64,000 nucleotides of DNA, from assembly GCF_006345805.1 (NCBI RefSeq), contig NW_021835990.1:1-64000 (forward strand), in the 5' to 3' direction. This DNA comes from Octopus sinensis. Taxonomy: Eukaryota. How positions within the stretch are numbered: position 1 is the first letter of the stretch; the number at the start of each line of letters is the position of its first letter. Of the stretch, positions 1-12,099 are shown piece by piece. The translations under genes were made by a program, and so were the position numbers. The notes beneath the pieces were generated by a model. It made no database searches and was not told the origin of the DNA. It saw only the letters and a program-made list of their open reading frames with translations.

Positions 1-712
1 AAATGGATAGGCAACACCTGCATGAACTGAGCAGAAAAAACAACTCAGTTCTGTTCGCTTATGAGGAAGCCATTGGATGGATATGTGTGCAACCCCAACA
101 TCCGGATAAGGACGGAATCAGTGCAGCAGTCCTCATCGCCTAACTGACCGGATACCTCACAGCTCACCAGAAGAATCCATTCCTGAGTACTCTCCTCGAA
201 CGTCTCTACATGAAATATGGAGACACCTCACCCGCCATTCCTACTTAGTGTCCCCCTCCCCTCAAAATACCCTCCGAGTATTTGACCGTCTCCGCAATAT
301 GATGGGCCTGCCACAGTACGACCATTTATTTTTTTTTGGTAGTACCCCCGTTTTTGTGGTAAATTCCAAGTCAAGAATGTGCGTGACCTCACCACTGGGT
401 TCGACAATCCATATCCCGACCGTAAAGCTGTAAATTGTACTGCACCATCATAGCGTATTCCCAAAAGTTCATCGCAAATGATAACATTTTATTTCGACCA
501 CTCGCTGACTCCCACTCTTAAAGCGAGTGGGACGGAGCCTAAAATCAAGTTTTATATTAAGATTATTGGTCCACCTTCACAAAACTAGTCCCTTCTGACG
601 ATTTTAGAAATGTAAGTGAGAGTGAAGAGGCCAATTTCCGTAGACTCCTCGATAAGTTTGTAGTGCGAAAAAAGGTGAGTTTACTCAGTTTAACAGCAAT
701 TATGAAATAAAA
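1..712 (+). pseudogene. PGM2: 3' part of a duplicated phosphoglucomutase-2 gene, disrupted
   Basis: Near-identical to 58971-59690 (KWIGN, FAYEEAIG, DKDGISAA, SGTEPKIKFY motifs). It carries several 1-nt deletions and a CAA>TAA change at about 140-142. Confidence 0.85.
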
Positions 713-1182
713 AACATTAGGAGTTAGAATAGTTTTAGGAGCGAGAGGCAGAAAGAGACTGCATTATGAAGACCTCAATTAAATTTTTTCTGATAGGGCA
801 GATCGAAGGTGTGTGGTCTTATCCTGATATATTTAATCGTGCGAACAAATGTTCCTGTGCCTTGGAAATAGTCTAATATGAGGCCACACACTCAACCATT
901 TCTACAAAATAGCCTGTTCCGATATCAATAAGGACGTGTGAGCTATCTTCAAATGTCCCTCGGGTGAACAACTGGAATAGTATGGGGGATTGTTCTAACG
1001 TAGTTGGTTAGGGGGACGATCATGTCCTTCCCCTTTTTCACTGAAGAAAATTCGTTCAGCCATTCGTTGGAGTCGAGAAATCCCTCCTCGGCCATTCTGA
1101 GAGATTCGATGCTGTTAGTTATGATTTGTATTTCCTTGTATCAATTGAGTAAGAATCTTGATTAGCTCTTTGGACAAAAGGC

Positions 1183-1609
1183 TTGAGCATTCTGCTTTTA
1201 GGCGATGTTGAGGAGAATCCAGGACCCTATTTAATCATACTCCAACTGAACATCAATGGAATAAGAGGGAAAGTTCTTGAATTATGGACATACCTCAAAA
1301 AACACAACATCGATGTAGCTGCCTCGCAAGAAACCAGATTAACACTTTCCTCTATTACTCCCTCATTCCCGGGATATAACTGTATCCGTTTGGACCGGCT
1401 AGACCGACGGCGGGGGCCTTCTGTTCATTATCAAAACGGTTGCACTATACGACTCCACGGATGACCTCAAGGCGACAATTCACGACAGCGAAATATCTGG
1501 AATTACCTTGAATACTAAATTCGGAAAGACTACTATTGCCAACATATTGTTGCACACCTCCGTCTTGTCCAAAGGGATTCAACCAAACTTCTCAAAGCTA
1601 TCCAATTTA
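1183..1609 (+). mobile_element. Ingi/Jockey-like non-LTR retrotransposon remnant: 2A-like peptide plus start of the APE endonuclease
   Basis: ORF reads LLLGDVEENPGP then LQLNINGIRGK...DVAASQETRL (APE domains I-II); frameshifted and truncated. Confidence 0.85.
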
Positions 1610-2061
1610 TGTTTTAGAAACTTTGTATCCACTTGATTTATTTATCGACATATTCAAGATTTAAGTATCGTAGCATTTTTTGGTAAAAACATTACCAGTT
1701 GTTAATATTTTTTAACATGAACATATTGTGTACAAATGCTATCAAATAGTATTATCACCACCTTTAGACGTATTTTAGAAAAAAAGTAATTATTACTGGC
1801 CGCTAATAAAGATCTAAGGACTGATATTGATGAAAAAGACATTGACTTTGACAAGGGAATTGTCGACGGACTTAATGTTTAAACAAGTTATATTTTTGAC
1901 AGTTCTGAGTTCTTGTGAGATAAAGTTTAAAAAACTGGGGGTCACAACAAAATTAAATAAAGTTTGAACAAAACGTCTGCGAAAGGGAGGATATGTAGTG
2001 ATGAATTTTTTGAGAATATTCCTCGATGATTTTTAGAGTTAATAGACTCTGTGTATATATA

Positions 2062-2700
2062 CAGTGGGGCAGATAAGTCATATTTAATTTGACGTGTTTT
2101 ATAATGATTACTATGAATTCAAATAAATATCATTGAACTCACTTTAATTAAAAAATGCCAATTTTATGTAGAAAAAATGATGGGACTTAAAAGAAATATG
2201 AATTTTTTCTGCAATAAGATATGAATGACTATCTATTTGTAGCTTCTTTTTTCTTTAAATGATTGATTAGCCGTAATTTCAATAAATTGATTAATAGATT
2301 ATGATTCTTTTAAATACAATTTATTTTTCACTCATTATTAAAATTATCATGTCGACAAAGAAGAGCATTCTTTGGATCTAAAACAATGAGTTGTAATGAC
2401 CTACCAAAGAGGCACAAATTATGAAAAAATTTCTAAATTGCTGATATTACCAAAAAGTACTGTTTGGAACCCGATGGAAACAAAAAGAACTGTCATTAAT
2501 CAACCAAGATCGGAATAACTCAACGTTCTTGCTCATTAATGAAAAGAATAGTCGGTACAAAATTAAGAATTACTCAAAAAGAATTGGCTGATGATTAAAG
2601 ATGACAGGAACATTATTATCCCTTCCTACAATTACTTCTACAGGACGCAATGGAGGTATGTAATTATGGATATGTCTGGACTTGTTTTAGACATTCTTGA
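2062..2700 (+). mobile_element. Degraded Tc1-like transposon, 5' part
   Basis: TA-CAGTGGGGCAGATAAGT end. Frameshifted paired-like HTH remnant (LDLKQ.VVMTYQRGTNYEKISKLLILPKSTVW...NQPRSG). No matching right end found. Confidence 0.55.
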
Positions 2701-2954
2701 TTGAGTTCTATTAAACTTGGTATACGTTTCTGGTATTTAAATATTTTTTAAAAAATTTATTTAAAATAATAATAAACTACTCATAATTTGTTTATGTCGC
2801 TTTGTGGTCTGTAATTTGATTCTAATGTTAGATCAAATAGGCAGGGCAGAAAAGATTAATTGACCTGTTTGACTCATCTATCAGTAAAAGGGTCATTTCT
2901 AAACTTAAATTAACAAAAGGTTTTTTCATAAATGACAATATTTATTCTTTAATA

Positions 2955-3345
2955 GATCCCATTGTACCTAAAGTTGATAAAAGTGAATCTGAACTGGACG
3001 TTTTGGTCGATCATGTATTTTTAAAAGTATTTAAAGGACTGCAAAAAATACGAATCGACAACACTATTAAATATATAGATAGTTGTGCTTGTAGTGGTGA
3101 TACTGACCACAGTGAAGATCCGGCGAGTAAGGATCCCACTTTGTCTTCAAACTCTCAAATATGGAGGAGATTTCGTCGATTAAAGATGAAGGTGTAGTTT
3201 TTGAAATACTTTTAATTATAGTATATTAGGTTTTTAAATAATGATGATTCTTCCCAGGACTTCGTTGTACATGATTTGGGTGGTTATTTGAGAATTTATT
3301 TTTAGATGAGTCTTAAAATACACCCATTGATGAAGGTATTGAATT
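2955..3345 (+). CDS. Exons of an unidentified multi-exon gene
   Basis: Open exon 2955-3192 (DPIVPKVDKSESELDVLVDHVF...RRLKMK) bounded by AG/GT, with short intron-like spacers. No recognisable domain. Confidence 0.3.
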
Positions 3346-3391
3346 AATTTTATCTTTCCAGTAATAATAATTTTTTGATAAAGTTTTGATA

Positions 3392-5258
3392 CAGTGCGAC
3401 CTCGAATTGGGGAAAACCAAGTAGCGGGGAAACCCTCTTTTTTGGGGAAAACCTTGGTTTTGGGGAAATATTTTTGCCATCCCTATAAAATACGATGATT
3501 TTTAATGAAATAAACCCCCTACCGGGGAAAAATTTTATATTATCATAAACGATTCATTAATATATTTGTATAATTTTTGATTTATTATTATTTATTATGT
3601 AACCTGTTTTTCCAAATTTGTAATCAATAATTTTAAAATTTATTAACCTGGTAACTTAGTTAGTTAGCTAATTAACCTGGTAAAAAACTGAAATTATCAA
3701 TTTTTAAAGTTATTTTATAAATTTTAGAAAGCCAATACCTAGAAAACTAAATCAAAGTGAAAAGATCAGAATTTGCAAGGATATACAGTCATAAGGACAA
3801 AATGATTTGTGAAGAATTTAACATCTCTAAAGGAATGCTATACCGACTAAAAAAGAAAAGGGAAGGATCTTAGCTCAAGGTTTCTCAACATCCGAAGGGA
3901 CAATTGGATACGAATTGAATGCCCAAGTTTACGAGATTTTTCGTAATCTCAGGTCGAAAGGTTTTCCAATTAATGGGCCAACCTTAAAGCTTATTGCACG
4001 TAAAATTGCGTATAGAAATTCAAATCATGATTTCACTGCTTCTAATGGATGGCTTTACAGATTTAAGAAACAATTCGAAATAAAATTCAGAATATTACAT
4101 GGCGAATCACGATCAGCTGATAAAGAAGGTGCGGAAAACTTCCAATCAACTTTCAATGATTTGCTTGAAAACTATGGGGGAGAAAACATTTTCAACTGTG
4201 ATGAAACTGCATTATTTTATAAAGCTGTTTCCAAAAAGAGTTTTGTTGAAAAAAATGAGTCACACAGCGGACATAAAATAAAAAAGAACGTATGACACTT
4301 CTTTGTGTTGCAGTTACACAGGAGAAAAATATAAACCGCTTATAATTGGGCGTACGAAGTCACCAAGAGTATTAAAAGGTGTGAATCTGAGAGAAATTGG
4401 CATTGAATATGATGCTTCGTGCAAAGCCTGGATGACAAAAAATATTTTGAAAATTGGTTATCTCGATTTAACGAGGAAATGAGAGAGAAAAGAAGGAAAA
4501 TAGCATTGTTAATTGACAATGCAACTTGTCATGCTGTTTCTCTCAAACTTTCAAACGTCGACGTAATATTTTTTCCAAAAAATACAAGTTCCTTAATTCA
4601 GCCATGTGACCAAGGGATAATAAAGGCATTTAAGAATCATTTTAATAACTGGATTATGAAAAAATTATCTATGATAAAAATCCTGCAGGGCAAATAGATG
4701 AAGCAATAAAGGGAATCACAATATGGATGCTATTTCATGTTCGAAATTGGCATGGGACGAGATTACAGACACTTCAATACAACATTGCTTTGAAAAAGCT
4801 TTGGAATATGACTGTCGGGAAAAAGAGGACATCGAAGAAAGTCTGATTAATTCCGATATTGTGGAAAATACGATTTTGGAGAGTTTCTAGGATGATATAC
4901 ACAGTAGTGATGAAGAGGACTGCAGCGAACAATTTATGGAACATTTGGATGATCAACAAGTTATAAACAATGCGGAATGCGCATTCACAATGCTGCTAAA
5001 TGTTATTAAGCAAGAGACTCCGGAAAATGTACTTGATCTATTCAGATTCAAAGCAAATATTATGAGTTCGATGTGAAAAAAACAAAACACTCGATTAAAA
5101 TTAACTGATTTTTTTATTAAAAAAAAAATTGTAGTTATCCGTCTCGGTTATATTATTAAGAGAGATATCGAACAGGCGAGACCTAAATTTAATGAAAACC
5201 TTTTTTTGGGGGAAACCTCAAAATTGGGGAAAAATTTCCCCAATACGAGGTCGCACTG
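3392..5258 (+). mobile_element. Full-length Tigger/pogo DNA transposon with disrupted transposase
   Basis: TIRs CAGTGCGACCTCG(A/T)ATTGGGGAAA at both ends, TA TSDs at 3390-3391 and 5259-5260. CENP-B HTH (FTASNGWLYRFK) and DDE_1 motifs (IFNCDETALFY, LLIDNATCH, QPCDQGIIKAFK) lie in several frames. Confidence 0.95.
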
Positions 5259-6354
5259 TATAAATTGGTATTTTTAATTTTAGAAAAACTATTTATCTTC
5301 GGATATGTTTGAATTATTTTTAAACTTACATATGTTTTGTTTAATTTAGAAAGACGTTCTTTTTCATTTAAAGAAACGTTAAAAATCTAATTTTAATAAT
5401 TAGTTGTGACCCTGAAAAAATTCATAAAATTAATTTGTATTTCTGACAGTTTTTTTTGTAAAGTTTCTAATTTCTTCAAGAAAATATTTTAATAAATTAT
5501 TAATTATCTCAGTGAATAGTAAATCTAGATATCGCTACTTTTTTAATCCGTCCAGCAGGTTGGCCCCTATCTTAATAAAAAACTGACATTGTGTCACTTT
5601 TTTTCAAGAAGCTCAAGTTGTCGAAAAATAAGAAGAAACAAAAATTTTTTAACCAGTATTGACTGATACTTTCCAGTTTGAAATTAATGATATTTTAAAC
5701 TTAATGGTCTATTCTGAATGTCAAGAATTAAAAAAAAATTCCAGCAAATCATCATGATTGACGGAATTAAAAACTTTTCTCATGTACAAATAAGCTGCAT
5801 GTGCTCTGTCCACAGAGCTGCATTCACACCCTGACAGTGTCTTTTAGTACTAAACTGAGACTAAATCAGAATATTTGGAAATTTTTTTATAAAAGCTATC
5901 GTAAATGAGAATATTCTGAATAGCTGTCGAAGTAATATTGATATTTAATTCACTCTATAATTTAAACAAGTTAAAGTGGAAAAATGCATAAATATAACCT
6001 GTTAGCAAGAATTTGAATTATTTATTGTATGAAAATACAACACCCGGTCTACTCAGTCTAAATTGCAGATAAATTAACCATTCTGGGATCCCTAGAAGGC
6101 TTTAAAAGAATGATAATATTCGATTAAGATCATAAGTTTTACCTAAAACTATTAAAAAGTATACAATTTCTAACAATTCTTATAAATTTTTATTATTTGA
6201 ACCTACAATAATGTTCCATGTCTAATTAAATGGTTTTTATGTTCAAAAAATTGATAGAAATTACAAACAAATTATTCAAAAAATAAATCGGCCAAATAAT
6301 TTCGAAACTAGACGATCAAGATTTTATCGATATGAATCTTAAATTGTGAATCTT

Positions 6355-7700
6355 AAATTCGGTAAGGGGACTTGTATGGACTGGAAGGTCGTGTCCGCAG
6401 TATTACCGACCAGACCGTCCTCCTCGAGACCATGCACGGAGAACTGACCGTGATTTTGACTGTTTTGACATACCAGGACAAGACAGTGGAAGTACATATA
6501 TCAGAACTGAGCAAACTAATCAAGATTGGAGACTCAGTGAAGGTCATTCTAGGGGATTTTGTGGGGGATACTGGCATAGTGTTGCATGTGGATGGACGAA
6601 ATGTGTTTATCCTATCAGACTCCACTCAACGGGAGGTTTTGGGTTGTATAATGTCAGTTGGAGACATCTTTGAATGAGATTCAGTTGAGTAGTGAGAGTA
6701 GTGGGGGAGTCCTTAGTTCAGGGATGTTCAAAATTGGGGAATTGGTTCAAATCGAGTACAATTGAGTGTTTCATTGGTAGACCGCAGCTTGTGGGGGTTA
6801 TAACTCGACTGGAACGTCAAAACTTTGTGATTCTTAATCAGTTCGGAAAGGTGGATTTTCAGAGGTGATTTTAGATTGTTAAGAAAAAGAACAATTCGAT
6901 AACAGTGAGAAGTGAGGAGTGCCAATGCAGTGACTTTGGATGCGGATAACCAGGCAATAACAGTGGCCAGTTCGGTCAAAGTCATCAAAGGGCCTTTAGA
7001 TGTAAGTATATTACGTAATCAGTAGAATGAGACGGGAACAGTTACATGTATATACAAGAATTATGTGTTTGTCAAGTCATCCAATCTGCGACATAATTCT
7101 GGGATATTTGTGGTGGTTGGACGGAATCTGCGTCGGATGGTTGGTAGTGAGTGTTAGTCGGGGGTTGGACAGTGAGGCACGGAGGAATGCAGTCGAGGGT
7201 AAACTGGGTGGTTTTGGGTCTCCATTCCCGATGGCCTCGCCAATGCACTACGCCACGCATCTACCAAAGTGGGGTCTCAGAGGAATGTGAGGGATCGTCG
7301 TCTTATTGGGAATGCCGTCATGATCATTAAAGGACCACTGAAAGGGAATATTGGTATCATTAAGGACGCGAGTGAAAAGACTGCACAAGTTGAGCTTCAC
7401 TGTAGTTGTCGTACAATCAATGTGGATCGTGGCAATTTAATGGCCATTCGTGCCACTAATGATAACTCCTATGATTTGTCCACACAAGAAGGCAAAACGT
7501 TGTCGATTACTCCCACTGTGAGCAATACCCCTGTCCGTGTGGGGGGAAGGACTCCTTTATATCCGCAGACCCCGTCCTATCCCCAGACTCCGTCATATCC
7601 GCAGACACCATCTTATCCACAAACACCGATGATAGAGACAGAGGAAGGAGCAACCCCTCATCATTTGATGGAGGAGGGCATGTCTAATTCGTATTGGCTG
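6355..7700 (+). CDS. SUPT5H: Transcription elongation factor SPT5, KOW2 to CTR region; N-terminal NGN/KOW1 part not seen
   Basis: KIGDSVKVILGDFVGDTGIVLHV (KOW3), GELVQ..PQLVGVITRLER, VKVIKGP (KOW4), LIGNAVMIIKGPLKGNIGIIKDASEKTAQVELH (KOW5), and GRTPLY(PQTPSY)n C-terminal repeats. Short introns present. Confidence 0.9.
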
Positions 7701-7996
7701 TGTATGTTAAATTGTAGAGTTCAGTCGAGTCCTGCTACATTTGGGAGAATTAATTGGCAGTCCCCATTGGATACTCCATGTTTGTGTTTTGTAATATTGT
7801 TGTAGCTCATCTACTATTTGCTCAAGACTTTGACACCTTATTCTACTGGGTCGGTTTCCTCTAAACAAAAGTCTGCAGATTAATAATTAATTAATTGTAA
7901 TTTTAATTTTCATTCTTTTATTTTTGTTAAGAACAGTTTCTCTGACTTTTTTTCTTGTGTATTAATTATCTATTTTTAAAAAATTAAGAAAAAAAA

Positions 7997-8230
7997 TTAT
8001 TCGATTAATGACTGATAGGTTTGGATTCGTTGACAAACAACACACCCGATCCTAAACATTTGGTTTGATTTTAAATTGAACAGTAAAGAAAATTTTTGTT
8101 CGCAAAAATATGTTGTTGGAAACAAAATCAAAAAATAAATTATAAATAATCCACTGTTTCGATATTCCCAGATCATCATTTTGCACGAAAATTTAATTAA
8201 TAGTGCAGATTTGAATAAGTTTTTGACTTG
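7997..8230 (-). mobile_element. Buster/Charlie-type hAT transposase C-terminal remnant
   Basis: LILFPTTYFCEQKFSLL.NLKS resembles the hAT C-terminal dimerisation motif. Confidence 0.55.
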
Positions 8231-8559
8231 TAAGAATATATTAATTTAATAAATTCTTGGATATTTGAGCATCAACAGAAAAGTCTCACAATATTCACAT
8301 TATTTTCAAAAGAAACCCTATTTTTCTAAATTATACCCCTTCACATTTTTATTGACAGATTGTACACACTAACTCGGAAACCAGTCTTACATCTAAGAAT
8401 CAGAAGTGCTATAAAAAATTTCCACAATATAACTATCATAGATAAAAATCAAAAATGTATTCTGTTTGAAAAAAGTAATCAACTCCATCGTCAATATCGG
8501 CACCTTTTATGTTTTAAAATAAGGAAAATAACAAAATGTAGAGTTATTAATTTAGTATA

Positions 8560-8745
8560 TTGAGTCATTATGCTCACCGAAAAAGGACCAATAGCTCTCC
8601 TACCCCCTGGGACATCGTCGTCGCAGGACGATGCACTTTGCATAGGATTGAACCTTTCCGGAGGATCTCCGTCGAAGTGCGTCGGGATCACACGCTAATT
8701 AGTTTGGTCTTAACTGTGGTCTTATGGTTAAATAAATAAATTAAT
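8560..8745 (+). mobile_element. 5'-truncated LINE 3' end (VGIT-stop family)
   Basis: GC-rich island ending GTCGGGATCACACGCTAA, then a short UTR and AAATAAATAAA. Resembles 24557-24676, 31790-31850 and 47620-47700. Confidence 0.5.
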
Positions 8746-8769
8746 TAATTTACAAATAAGTTTATTGAA

Positions 8770-10845
8770 AAGATAAGGATAGTTTTAATTATTTTTGATC
8801 TGATAAATTATTGGAAACAATACGAGTAATTAGTTTATTCCATTTCCCGCGATCTTGGGCGACGTCCCGTAGTGCATTGAGATCGTCCCCGTCATTCAGT
8901 TCTTTACCAGCCCTCTTTAGGTCTCTATCCAGCGTACCCGGGAGAGTATTTCTTGGTCGCCCACGGAAACGATGGCCCCCAGCTTTGAAATAGTCCTCCA
9001 TAGCGGCGTTTGCCGGTGCATCCAAATCCATCCTTAGAATATGTCCAAACAGCCTCCATCTGCATTCGGTAATTTCGAGTGAGATTGGTTTGCTTGATGT
9101 TCTGGCATAAACTGTTCTGCTACTCAGCCTTGAATGCCACTTGGAGTACGTCGGAGGTGATCTCTATGGAAAGAGTCTAGGTTGTCTTTGTCTGTAGCGG
9201 AAAGTCCCCAAGTTCCGGCGTTATATAGGAGTATTGGCTTCACTAGTGAATTGTATAGTCGTATCCGTGTTTTTGTGCTGAGTCCTTTGCGTTTTAGCCA
9301 ATTTTCCTTTAAGCTGCGTAGTGCACTTTGCATGTGTTTTCCGAATAATCACGTCTTGTTCGTCTCCAATAGAGATCCGAGTTTCTTTACTTTTCTCCAA
9401 TGTTCGTCCAGCTTAGACTTCTGTCTTCTCGACTTGTTGAGAGAAACACACATGACTGTCGTAACTCACCCCGAGGATTTTCTGGGGATTTTTAAACGGG
9501 ATTTCTATGTTATTTAGATACAGGTTCACCACCGTTTTCCCAAGCTTCCTTGCTGAAGTCATAAGCGTGGTGACCGATTTTTCCGGACTCGTTGATACAC
9601 GATTTAGCGAGAGCCAACTTTTAAGAATATTAATAAAAAAAAACTTCTTGATCTTCTTCTTAATATTCGATCTTTTCCGACCAAGTTTTTCTTTGATGTG
9701 CTTGTCCTCCGTATTTAAATATTGTAGCCAAATAGATTTTTGTTTCTTAACAAGGAGCGATATCTCAGTTGTTCCATTTGGTGATGTGGTAACCATTTCT
9801 GTGTCCATGACCTGTTTCTCCGCTGCTTCTCGTATTGATTCCTGGATTTGTCCCAGAGTTTGGGGAATGGTTGATTTGTTTCCACACTTCCCAAATACGT
9901 ATCAAGGCATTTCCTATAGTTATCTCCCATTTGTTGTTATTGAGAGTATTCTCTATAGTTATCTCCCATTTAGGTCGAGTATTCTCTTCCTAAGGATATC
10001 CTGCCTCCCTTTGATATTTGTTTTGTTTTTGTTTAGATGTTTATTCTTGCAATGACCATTTTGTGGTCACTGTCAATGTTTGACCACCATATGACCTTGC
10101 GTCAGTGAAAAGAGCTTTGCCTTTAGATTGATAGATCATATAATCTATCTGGTTGTAAATGTTTATAAATTCGCCGTATAAATTCTTCCTAAACCCCGTC
10201 CAAGTAGTTTTGTGTCTTGCATGAATGCAGTGTTGCAAATGAATAGACCGTTTGCCTGACAAAAATCGGCAAGTAATGTTCCTGCCACGTTCCTTATTCC
10301 CCTCTCGTGTTTTCCCATAAAGGTTTCATCTGGGTTTCTTCGTAATCCCACTTTGGCGTTAAGGTCGCCAGCAATGATAGTTATTGACGAGTGAACAAGT
10401 TCAGAATAAGCTTCAGACAGACAAGAGTAGAACAAGTCTATCTTAGTGGGGTCTTTTTCAATCCATCCACTGTGGGGTGCGTATACGTTTATAACGGATA
10501 GTAAGCTTTTAGATGGGCAAAGCTTATTCATGCTGATCTGAAGTACACAAATCCGATCATTTATGCTCCAACAGCGATGAACCATTGGTTTTAATTCCTT
10601 CTTTATTACAAATCCTTGGCCAAAGTGTCTGCATTCACTTCGGAATAAGATGAAGTGATAGCCCGACAGTTCCTCTTCTAATCCCCCATGCAGTTTTGTC
10701 TCCTGTAAACATCCAACAGAGACTTTGTATCTTTTCAGATCTTCGCACAATGCTGTTCTTTTCCAAGATTTAGCGATTCCTCTGACATTAAACGAGAGTT
10801 GCGAAAAAGGTGTTAGTTTCCTGGGCTTTTTAGACTCCATCTTTA
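8770..10845 (-). mobile_element. RTE-like non-LTR retrotransposon with the RT core missing and a foreign segment inserted
   Basis: APE ORF 10163-10840 (SFNVRG, GCLQETK, VINVYAPH, IIAGDLNAKVG). RTE-type C-terminus (RIRLYNSLVKPILLYNAGTWGL; RGRPRNTL...DL; AQDRGKW). Confidence 0.85.
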
Positions 10846-10962
10846 AAGAACCACGTCACAAGTTCAACCGAAAAAGTAAAAACAATTATTTCTGAATAAT
10901 ATTGGAAAATCTAAGAAAATTAAAATTGCGTTCGTACGATTAAATTAAACCTTGATCTAGAG

Positions 10963-12061
10963 CAGCGGTTCTCAACCTTTTTTAGACTGGGGACCACTTT
11001 TGCACTATAAAATTTTGTGGGGACCACCTTAAATAAAATAAACATTTTTTGGTATTAGCGCACAATTTTTGGCCTCGCCAGGGCCAGGTTTAGACATGTT
11101 CGAATATATTATAAAAATAACATGAACATTATGAAAATAACAGAAAATTTAATAGTAATTTAGTGAGATTTCTGATTTGTTTGCTCAGAATAATTTTACT
11201 TATATCAGGCTCTATGTTCGACAAAGCTACTCGCATATCATCTTGTACCCGTAGTCTATTTCTATATTTGTTTTTAGAAAAGTCAGACACGACATCGCCA
11301 TTTCACAGTGATAAGTAGTGGGGAATGCAAGTATTGATTCCAATGCAGTTTTACTCAAAATGGGGAATTCTTTCGCCATCTGACACCTAACAATAAAAAG
11401 TAATTATTAATGAGAATACCAAAAAATCTAATAATGAAGTACATTTGAAAATAATCTGAGCAGACTGATACATTGAAGTTCAATCAAGCTCTGCTGAAAA
11501 TTGAGTTCCTGATATTCTTTAAATGAGGTCAAGAAAGGTTGAACGATCCAGTTTGGAATTGGGTCTTCAACAGGAATTTTCTGGGTGTACAGACTCTTTG
11601 TGGCGCCTAAGTTGAGAAGGTTTCAGTGAATTGTTTCCCAAAATTTTATGGCAAATCATGCATTTTGCCTTTATTTCATTATTTGGGGCAATGAATTTAG
11701 TGAATCCAAATTGTACGTAAGAATCCGACCAAAGACGACGATTCTTGTTAACCATAACTAGAATGATAAACCACGCTAATCAAATCAGATTAATTTCAAT
11801 GTTTTTGATTTATACTTAATTGTACAATTAGTTTTAAATTTAATATATTGTTATTTTGCGAAAATTCCTGGGGACCACTAAAAATTTTCTGGGGACCACG
11901 ATTGAAAACCGCTTGATTAATTTCAATGTTTTTGATTTATACTTAATTGTACAATTAGTTTTAACTTTAATATATTTTTATTTTTCGAAAATTCCTGGGG
12001 ACCACTAAAAATTTTCTGGGGACCACTAGTGGTCCCCGGGGACCACGGTTGAGAACCGCTG
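10963..12061 (-). mobile_element. Internally deleted Buster-type hAT transposon
   Basis: TIRs CAGCGGTTCTCAACC; imperfect 8-bp TSD ATCTAGAG/ATTTATAG. BED zinc finger ORF 11567-11755 (CMICHKILGNNSLKPSQLRRHKESVH) and a C-terminal dimerisation remnant (KEFPILS...AFPTTYHCE). Confidence 0.9.
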
Positions 12062-12099
12062 ATTTATAGTGTACGTGAAAAATTATTTAAAACTGAAAA

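Larger units (their letters stand above)
1..1609 (+). repeat. Direct segmental duplication of 58971-62378, lacking the hAT insertion at 60104-61879
   Basis: Base-by-base similarity from position 1 to CTCAAAGCTATCCAATTTA, where the copies diverge. It probably extends left of the window. Confidence 0.95.

Noticed and set aside
870-1100. HDV-like ribozyme upstream of the 2A-bearing LINE
   Set aside because: Such ribozymes are known in Ingi/L1Tc, but I could not identify the nested double pseudoknot by eye, and the element's 5' end is undefined.
9182-10055. Hydrophobic plus-strand ORFs (111 and 182 aa)
   Set aside because: Antisense to a purine-rich retroelement strand, so the Phe/Leu bias is compositional.
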